Assembly: GCA_964236955.1 (NCBI GenBank)
Contig: CAXSGP010000014.1
Span: 39,810-62,276, forward strand
DNA from: an uncultured Oligoflexus sp.
Lineage (GTDB): Bacteria > Bdellovibrionota_B > Oligoflexia > Oligoflexales > Oligoflexaceae
Length of the DNA: 22,467 bases
Reading direction: 5' to 3'
This document shows, one piece after another, positions 15,992 through 22,467 of the stretch. The notes below the pieces were generated by a model. The model was not told where the DNA came from and did not search any database. It saw only the letters and a list, made by a program, of their open reading frames with translations. Numbering within the stretch: the stretch's first letter is position 1; every line of letters begins with the position of its first letter. A program made the translations under genes and the position numbers.

Positions 15992-17209
15992 ATGAACCAG
16001 ATCTGGTCGTTGTCCCGTCATGAACCTCTGCGAGCGGTCCACTGGGATGAGGATGTGGTGCGGACATGGATTTATGATTTGGTCAAAGCTGCTGCAATGC
16101 TTTACCAGCGCGATGGGTATTGGCCGGTACATCCGCGCGACTTCGTGGATGGGAAGGAAGTGCCCCGACCCAATTGCCTCTACTATGGTTCAGCTGGCGT
16201 CATCTGGGCTCTCAAAAGGCTCGAAACGGTTCTAGGTATCAACGTCCCGTTCGATTTGGCCGCCGCTGCAGAAAAGAACTGGATAGCTGGCTGCGGGAAA
16301 TTTAATTCAAATGACTCCGGATTTCTTCTCGGTAAAGGTGGGACGCAGTTGTTGGCCTATGCCCTAGGTTGCGACGCGGCAGGCATCGACCTAAGAAAAA
16401 GCATCAATACTTGTGGCCAAGTGCGTCAACCAAAAGAAATTATTAGTGGTGCTCCCGCTGCATTACTGATGGCATTTCATGCCTTCCAAATCAAGCAAGA
16501 GGAGCAATGGCTTGACTTGTTCACTCGGTATGGCCAAATTTTTTTGGAAGATTTTGGCCTAAAAAAGGCGCAAAAATGGGAATGGCCGCAAGCTCTGGAT
16601 GGTATTCCGAAACCCTATATTGGTGCCGCTCGCGGTCTCGTAGGCGCGATGCTGCCTTTCATGCTTGCTTGTGATAAATTCCCTTCCTTTCAGTCGCCGC
16701 ATCTATTTGATGGTCTCAAAAATTGCCTCTTGGAAACTGTGTTGAAATGCGAACCTTATGCCAATTGGCCCCAATTCTTGCCTGGAATAAAGGCAGAACC
16801 GCCTGAAATGTTACTTCAATGGTGCCATGGGGCGCCCGGCATCGTGTCCTGTCTTAGCTACCTGCCCAGCTCAGATTTTAAAGACCTAGAAAGTCTTTTT
16901 TACAAAACTGCGGAAACAATTTGGGAGGCTGGTCCTCTCCAGAAGCCTTGTGGTTTATGCCATGGGACTGCGGGCAATGCCTATGCCTTCCTTCGTTGCC
17001 ACAGTCTGAGTCGAGACGCACTGTGGCTCGATCGTGCACGCTCCTTCGCGATGCATGCCATCGAGCAGTCGAACCATGTAAGGCGGCGGACCCAGCGCAG
17101 ATTTTATTCGCTGTTCTCGGGCGACCTGGGCCTTGCTGTTTTTCTCAGTGACTGCATCACCCAGCGAGGTGGGCATTTCCCTGTCGTTGAAAGTTTCGCT
17201 TTCGCCTAA
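15992..17209 (+). CDS. Stand-alone LanC-like (lanthionine synthetase C-like) protein
   Basis: WPVHP.D N-terminus; LYYGSAGV; QWCHGAPG; GLCHGTAGNAY; SLFSGDLG; RBS AAGGAAG. The usual GxAHG motif reads GAARG. Confidence 0.93.
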   Translation: MNQIWSLSRHEPLRAVHWDEDVVRTWIYDLVKAAAMLYQRDGYWPVHPRDFVDGKEVPRPNCLYYGSAGVIWALKRLETVLGINVPFDLAAAAEKNWIAGCGKFNSNDSGFLLGKGGTQLLAYALGCDAAGIDLRKSINTCGQVRQPKEIISGAPAALLMAFHAFQIKQEEQWLDLFTRYGQIFLEDFGLKKAQKWEWPQALDGIPKPYIGAARGLVGAMLPFMLACDKFPSFQSPHLFDGLKNCLLETVLKCEPYANWPQFLPGIKAEPPEMLLQWCHGAPGIVSCLSYLPSSDFKDLESLFYKTAETIWEAGPLQKPCGLCHGTAGNAYAFLRCHSLSRDALWLDRARSFAMHAIEQSNHVRRRTQRRFYSLFSGDLGLAVFLSDCITQRGGHFPVVESFAFA

Positions 17210-17493
17210 ACAAAGAATCGCTTGGGTTTGTGATTGATCCGTTCGAAGAAAGATTCATCGATGATCACAGTGTCGCTGCTTTTCTGAGTTGGAGCATTCC
17301 TGAGTAGATGAAAGAGAGACCTCGTAAAGCGGCCTAAAATCGATTTAAGGATGCCTTAAGCGTTTCTATTTATTTTTCAAACAGACGTATCTATATTTGG
17401 AAACGGAGGATTAGAATGGAAACTGTAATTAGGATTGCGAGAGAAACGAATTGTCTCGAGGAAATTTCTATTATGTATCAACGGGGTCTTAAG

Positions 17494-17640
17494 ATGAATA
17501 TTCTAAGCCGGTTTAGCGATCCCCTCCATGAAGTTGAAACCCATACAGTGGTACAACTTTCCAACCTTGCAAACTTGCCCTTCTTGGTCAAGCATGGAGC
17601 TACGATGCCCGAAGTCCACTTGGGAAAAGGAGCAACCGTG
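17494..17640 (+). pseudogene. rtcB: 5' fragment of RNA ligase RtcB
   Basis: QLSNLANLPFLVKHGATMPEVHLGKGATV matches the RtcB N-terminal motif QL.N.A.LP...H.A.MPDVH.GKGATVG. Similarity stops after about 50 aa and the frame runs into the convergent Nudix gene. Confidence 0.82.
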
Positions 17641-17688
17641 GCACCCAACAACCACGTAGGCCTTACCGCTCAAACGATCCGTGACAGC

Positions 17689-18258
17689 CTAAGGTGATTC
17701 GGATAAATTTAGGGAGTCGATCATCCAAGCCGTGAGTCCCCAGATATGATGGCCATTGGCAGCATAGAAAGGGGTCTCACGCCAGCGACCAAAAATATTG
17801 AAGCGAACGATGCTGCGTTCCTTGGCCGTGAATTTGCGCCACGGCACGAGAAAAATTTCTGCGACTTCGGTGGGGTTCGGCACCAGATCCTCGAGGACCC
17901 TATCGGTGCAGCCGACCAGTGTGATCACGGGCCGGGTATCAAGTGAGCGCAGCGGGGGCAGCATTCCTATGATTTCGATTGCTGAGGGCGGCAGACTTAT
18001 TTCTTCGTGAGTTTCCCGCATAGCTGTGTCACCCGGATTGATGTCTCCCACCTCCCGCCGGCCCCCGGGGAATCCGACCTGCCCCGCGTGGGATCGCATC
18101 GCGCTGGCCCGCCTCGTGAAGAGGAGCGACAGGCCCGCCTTGGGATCGATCATGAAAAGCGCCAGTACTGCCGACGCCCTGGGATCGGGTTCTGGAGCCC
18201 AAAGCGCCCGCACCTCCTGTAGCTTCATCGGTGGCAGAGTCTGTCGAAGATTAGTCAT
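17689..18258 (-). CDS. Nudix hydrolase, CoA pyrophosphatase subfamily (NudL/Pcd1-like)
   Basis: CoA motif LLFTRRASAMRSHAGQVGFPGG, Nudix box through AMRETHEEISL, PNPTEV, IWGLTA; RBS GAGGAGG. Confidence 0.95.
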   Translation of the reverse strand: MTNLRQTLPPMKLQEVRALWAPEPDPRASAVLALFMIDPKAGLSLLFTRRASAMRSHAGQVGFPGGRREVGDINPGDTAMRETHEEISLPPSAIEIIGMLPPLRSLDTRPVITLVGCTDRVLEDLVPNPTEVAEIFLVPWRKFTAKERSIVRFNIFGRWRETPFYAANGHHIWGLTAWMIDSLNLSESP

Positions 18259-18396
18259 GAGCCCTCCTCAGGAAACCAGGAGAAAGCTTATGACGGACAC
18301 AAAATCGAAGCAAGCCGCCTCTCGCTGGTCAAAGCAAAAGGCGGCTCCACTTTGAGGCCATGGTATAAAGGGATGCAGTCTCAGGTAGGGACAGGA

Positions 18397-18819
18397 TCAG
18401 TCTTTAACGACCCGGAGGCGGGGTGCTGACTCTTTGGGTATCATCGTCCCAACCAGGGTGCTGATACTTTTTAGAAATTCCTCGTGATCTTTGATTCCGG
18501 CGCTAATATGGTCACTGCCCAGCAAATTCTGTGAATCCTTGACGATGCGGTCGGCAAAGCAGACTTGATGCATCAGGCTGCCTTTGACGGCCTGTTCGAA
18601 GAGCTGAAGATCGGCACCTTCGCCATCCAACGCCTGAAGAAGATTTTCACGGGTCGTCAGGGTCCAGAAAAGGGCTTCGTATTCGCGATAACGCCAGTGT
18701 ATCGAAGTCTCACGGCGCCAACTGATCTCAAATGTTTTTAAGCCATCGCGACTCGCAATGCGCCAATACATTTGGGGGTCAATCGAAGAAAAGTCTAGAA
18801 AATCAAGAATCTTGTCCAT
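18397..18819 (-). CDS. Hypothetical protein (140 aa)
   Basis: ATG with GGAG RBS; natural composition; fills the gap co-oriented with the Nudix gene; ends APRLRVVKD. Confidence 0.75.
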   Translation of the reverse strand: MDKILDFLDFSSIDPQMYWRIASRDGLKTFEISWRRETSIHWRYREYEALFWTLTTRENLLQALDGEGADLQLFEQAVKGSLMHQVCFADRIVKDSQNLLGSDHISAGIKDHEEFLKSISTLVGTMIPKESAPRLRVVKD

Positions 18820-18982
18820 TTAGCGACTCCAACGGATGACAACTTCAAGACCTGGACAGGTCAAAGTCTCACTTGCAATGGCGACGCCAAAGGTCTTCTC
18901 TAAGCTTTTTCATAAGTTAGAAAGAGCATTCTCCTGTAAGGTGTCGTATAATTTGACAGATGTCTAACGTAAAGTGGTAGGT

Positions 18983-19855
18983 ATGAACGCAAAAATCAAT
19001 CCTTGGCACTCTTTGCTCCTGACCCTCGTGCTTGGGTTTTCTCTATCGTCCTATGCGCAGGAGGAGGAGATCCCTTCCGACACCTCGTCGTTGCCGTCCG
19101 CCTCCAAGGCTAATGCCGGCAAAAATACCGATAACGGGGAACTGCCACCCCCAAAGCTCAGCAAGCTTAAAGAATATCCGATCACCGAAAAGATCAAGCA
19201 GTGCAAAAAATACGAAGGCCGATACATTTCCTATTATGAGACGATCTATAAAGTTGAGAACTGCAAACGTCGGCAGCTCCTCACCGAGGATGGGAATGAG
19301 CCTAAGATCAAAGGCTTCCGCATCACCAGTGTTGACAATGATACGGTAGCGGTGATTCCAGAGGGCAGTCCTCTGAATCCTCCGGGCGGTAAAAAGCCTC
19401 TGACCTGTGCTCAGTTAAATGGTCAGTATTTGATTTCGCGCGGGGATGAAATTTTCTATGTCGAGAAGTGTGCGAAGCGTCTTTTCCCGGATCTCGATAG
19501 CTATACTGAGCATAGCCAGAAGCGTGGCAAACGCGAAAAAGATATTTTAGAGCTTGATGAAGTTCAGATCGCACGAATCGAAGATGGGCCGCCCATGAAG
19601 TCTTCGCTTGATGCGGAGTATAAAAAACTCCTCGATGCCGATACGGGAATCGATGTGCTGCCCCTGGCTGAAGCCTGCAAGGGCCTCAACGGCAAATTCG
19701 TCGCCTACTATTCGAAGATCTATAGGATCGAGAATTGTCGGAAGCAACCCGTTGATCCGCAACTGTTCGGCAAACGCTTTCCCAAGTATTCCCCTTCCGA
19801 ACTGAGCTCGGAACAGTGGATTTCCATCCCTACGGGAAGCGCGCACAAAATTTAG
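18983..19855 (+). CDS. Secreted hypothetical protein with three Cys-paired repeat domains
   Basis: Signal peptide ending SYA-Q; low-complexity linker; three C-x3-G-x-[YF]...I[YF]x[VI]ExC repeats. An alternative GTG start lies at 18974. Confidence 0.85.
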   Translation: MNAKINPWHSLLLTLVLGFSLSSYAQEEEIPSDTSSLPSASKANAGKNTDNGELPPPKLSKLKEYPITEKIKQCKKYEGRYISYYETIYKVENCKRRQLLTEDGNEPKIKGFRITSVDNDTVAVIPEGSPLNPPGGKKPLTCAQLNGQYLISRGDEIFYVEKCAKRLFPDLDSYTEHSQKRGKREKDILELDEVQIARIEDGPPMKSSLDAEYKKLLDADTGIDVLPLAEACKGLNGKFVAYYSKIYRIENCRKQPVDPQLFGKRFPKYSPSELSSEQWISIPTGSAHKI

Positions 19856-20649
19856 TCGTCGCTTCCGCACCGCCGGTCTGCCTTCACGACCGTAACGTTC
19901 AGGCTGGGCTTTTTATCAAGCTCGGCGATAAATACCAAAAAAATCCTTCCCAGAGCCATGCTAACCGTTGGAAATAACTTCAATATCTATGCAATATTAA
20001 TTTTTTGCCAATTTTCTTCAGCTGTGCATATTTCATCCCGATGAGGGAGGAGACGCTTTATTTTTCGAACCGGGCAAACCTTTGGCCATTCCAAGGGAAT
20101 CCAGGGGATCAACTTTCGGTCGGAATTTTTTCGACGCATGGAGCGTCCATTGGCCCTATCACAGATCCAACAGCAGGCGAAGCTGACCAAGGTCGATCGC
20201 AATGCCTCCTCCCTTTGGAAATTGTCATGGGCTCTTGGTCGAGATTTTTTTGCTTCCCATTAAAAAAGCTTCAATGAAATTCTTTAATGCTAGAAGGCAA
20301 GGATAGATGGGAGCATAATTCTGGCTCGAAAGTAAGAAATGAATTCCTACTTTTCAGTTCCTGGAAATATTTTTTCTTTAAAAGGAGAGAATGGAACATT
20401 ACCAAAGAGCTTAATTCCTAGTATGAAACGTACTGTTTATTGCTCCACTAAATCACAATGCCAAATATTAACCTCACCTTATCCAAACTCTTACGTGGGA
20501 AATAGAGTCCTGCCTCTATTTGTCGCGATTTTAAAAACATCATCTAATCGCCTCTAATAATAGGTGAAATAGGGTCATGGTTTATTCCTGACGAGATCCA
20601 CCGATAAAATATTGCGCTGTCGAGCGCATCATTAGAGGGGAAAATTAGA

Positions 20650-21900
20650 GTGAAAATGTCAAACGTGTCTGGAGTGAGCTTGCGCTCACTGGGTGTTGGT
20701 CTGTGCTTGATTGCGCTGACGGGTTGCGGGGTTCGGGAACGGAGGATCAGTAAGGCTGCAATTGCCAAAGAAGCAGGTTCTGGTCAATCCGCGGACTCCA
20801 GTCTAGAGGAAAAGAGACAGAATCCGGATATCGCGAATTCTACCGGTGAAACTCCCAAGCTTGAATACGCAAAGAATGGCGGCAAGGGCGACGATGGCCA
20901 TCAAAGCGATGGTGGTAAGGACGATAACGGTCATCAAAGCGGTGATGGCGGCAAAGATGACGGCGGCTACCAAAGCGGTGGTCACGATGATGATGGGGCC
21001 CAGAATGGTGGTCACGACGATGATGCGGGACAAAACGGTGGCTATGATGATGACGACAACTCTTCACAGAACGGCGGCGGAGGCTACAAGGAAGACGGCA
21101 CAGCTTATGTGCATATAGAGGTTCCCTGTTCCTGTGCCAATGCAAAAGACGTGTGCTCGGTTCTAAGCAAATACAGTATTTCAATTCTTGATAAAACGAG
21201 CAAAGCTGTCCTTTGGGGACCAGAGAGCCACAAAACAATCGTCATGCACAATGACTGCAGCTTTACCAAGGTCCTTGGTAAAACCGTTAAAATTCCATCC
21301 AACGTGTTGAATCGTGCTGCGAACACTATGGTCTTTCGTTTGAAAAACGAGTCTGAAGATCAGATCGTTCCATTTTATCCTCCCTTCAATCATGGCTATT
21401 GCAAAAAAGCTAAAGATAATTCGGGTACGCCTGGTCCTGCCGGTCCTGCTGGTCCCGCTGGTCCCGCTGGTCCCGCTGGTCCCGCTGGTCCGCAAGGTCC
21501 GCAAGGCCCGCAAGGTCCTGCCGGTGCCAATGGTGCTAATGGTGCCCCCGGTGCAACAGGTCCTCAAGGTCCTGCCGGAGCCAATGGTACTCCAGGAGCC
21601 CCAGGTGCCCCAGGTGCACAAGGTCCTAAAGGGGATAAAGGAGATACTGGAATCGCCGGTCCTCAAGGTCCTCGTGGTGATACGGGTGCTCAGGGGCCCA
21701 AAGGAGACAAGGGTGATACCGGCGCTGCTGGTCCTCAAGGTCCCCGTGGTAACACAGGCCCCGTTGGTCCTGCCGGTCCTCAAGGTCCCAAGGGCGATCA
21801 GGGCGATGTTGGCCCCCGTGGTCCTCGCGGCGAGACCGGTGCCGAAGGTCCTCCCGGTCCTCCCGGTCCTCCCGGTCCTGCAGCCAAGCGACTGAACTAG
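20650..21900 (+). CDS. Collagen-like lipoprotein
   Basis: RBS GAGGGG; lipobox LTGC; Gly/Asp/His-rich repeats; Cys-containing globular domain; 51 uninterrupted Gly-X-Y triplets at the C-terminus. Confidence 0.9.
   Translation: MKMSNVSGVSLRSLGVGLCLIALTGCGVRERRISKAAIAKEAGSGQSADSSLEEKRQNPDIANSTGETPKLEYAKNGGKGDDGHQSDGGKDDNGHQSGDGGKDDGGYQSGGHDDDGAQNGGHDDDAGQNGGYDDDDNSSQNGGGGYKEDGTAYVHIEVPCSCANAKDVCSVLSKYSISILDKTSKAVLWGPESHKTIVMHNDCSFTKVLGKTVKIPSNVLNRAANTMVFRLKNESEDQIVPFYPPFNHGYCKKAKDNSGTPGPAGPAGPAGPAGPAGPAGPQGPQGPQGPAGANGANGAPGATGPQGPAGANGTPGAPGAPGAQGPKGDKGDTGIAGPQGPRGDTGAQGPKGDKGDTGAAGPQGPRGNTGPVGPAGPQGPKGDQGDVGPRGPRGETGAEGPPGPPGPPGPAAKRLN
20878..21087 (+). repeat. Coding tandem repeats GG[KHY]DD..Q[SN] (about 6 copies of 10-12 aa)
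   Basis: [65 protein letters not shown]. Confidence 0.85.
21424..21882 (+). repeat. Collagen Gly-X-Y repeat tract (51 triplets)
   Basis: 459 nt of 9-bp periodic GGTCCN-type repeats. Confidence 0.97.
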
Positions 21901-21920
21901 ACGGGTAAACGTCGACCCAT

Positions 21921-22467
21921 GGCTGTCCTGCTTTGAATAAGGTTCATCGGTTTCTTATATCTCGATGGACCTTCCCAAGACCCTTTCCCGTCATCAGTGC
22001 CAGCCCTTCTAAGTTGAGCTGATGCCTTTTTAAGATGGCGCCCGCGGTCCATCGGGGGCTAGACCCCTGGTGGCCCTCCTGAGTCCCTTTCAAGACTTCA
22101 ATGGTGAGCTTAGTTAAGCTGAAGTCTTTTTAAGATATGTGCACATGGTCCATCGGTCCTGGACCATACTGAAACAAGTTCAAGGCTTCAAGGACGAGCC
22201 TTCGCAAGCTGATGCCTTTTTAAATATGTGCTCATGGTCCGTCGGCCCCTAGAGACGCGACGGACCTTCTTGAAAAGCTTCGAGGCTAAAGGGATGAGCC
22301 TTCTCAACCTCTGCCTTTTTAAAATATGCATGGGTCCTTGCGCCGCCTAAAACGGACGGGCCTCCTGATACCCGACCAAGTAATCAGGCTAGAGAAAGAG
22401 ACGAAATTTCACTGATTACTTTTTACATATAGGAAGGCCCCGACGCTAAGCGATGGGGCCTTTCGCA
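21921..22467. repeat. Non-coding degenerate tandem array of about 6 units, 90-103 bp period, each with a hairpin
   Basis: Units start at about 21921, 22017, 22117, 22207, 22307 and 22410. Shared blocks are AGCTGATGCCTTTTTAA(G/A)ATATG, GGTCCRTCG-N13-CGAYGGACC and TC(A/G)AGGCT...GAGCCTT. Outer units are more degenerate. Confidence 0.85.

Noticed and set aside
17210..17415. Possible lanthipeptide precursor next to the LanC-like gene
   Set aside because: The only small ORF I noticed (VIDPFEERFIDDHSVAAFLSWSIPE) has no Cys and no clear RBS, and no dehydratase is nearby.
19856..20649. Short ORFs, a GCTGGGCTT/AAGCTCGGC hairpin and repeated ATTCCT words in the long intergenic region
   Set aside because: ORFs lack RBS or motifs, the hairpin has no U-tract, and the repeated words are too short to distinguish from chance in AT-rich DNA.
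21673..21681. RGD integrin-binding motif in the collagen tract
   Set aside because: Expected by chance from GPR-GDT triplets, and RGD is usually cryptic within a triple helix.
21181..21895. Alternative-frame ORFs with VLP/RTL/GTS repeats (21181..21783 -, 21392..21895 +)
   Set aside because: By-products of the stop-poor collagen repeat DNA.
21921..22467. CRISPR array interpretation of the tandem repeats
   Set aside because: Units are similar along their whole ~100 bp and too degenerate; variable parts are about 13 nt, not 30-40 nt unique spacers; no cas genes in view.
21901..22467. Array as a decayed continuation of the collagen gene (GGTCC and CAAGG words occur in both)
   Set aside because: No 9-bp periodicity, unit lengths are mostly not multiples of 3, and T-tracts and paired stems are conserved. 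Not fully excluded without alignment.

Overview
Bacterial chromosomal window. The gene content and protein style suggest Bdellovibrionota/Oligoflexia, but this is an inference only. Left part: a partial BMP-family ABC substrate-binding gene behind a possible attenuator, a beta-barrel outer-membrane protein, a monoheme cytochrome c lipoprotein, a secreted lipase, and abutting hflX-pgi. Middle (~7.4-17.7 kb) is accessory-looking. It holds a 945-aa metallopeptidase/beta-propeller/Omp85-like protein, an M48-like metallopeptidase lipoprotein, a GC-rich GH30+CBM32 glucanase, and an orphan LanC-like protein whose catalytic His is Arg. Interleaved are four decayed remnants absent from the ORF track as genes: an IS701/IS4-like DDE fragment, an IS200/IS605 tnpA tail with an end-like hairpin, an internally deleted IS66, and an rtcB 5' fragment. 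Right part: a CoA-type Nudix hydrolase, a hypothetical protein with an SspB-like LRVVK tail, a secreted three-repeat Cys protein, and a collagen-like lipoprotein. The strongest unexplained signal follows the collagen gene: a non-coding tandem array of about six 90-103 bp units carrying a conserved, covarying hairpin with a variable insert (13 nt in three units), running to the window end.
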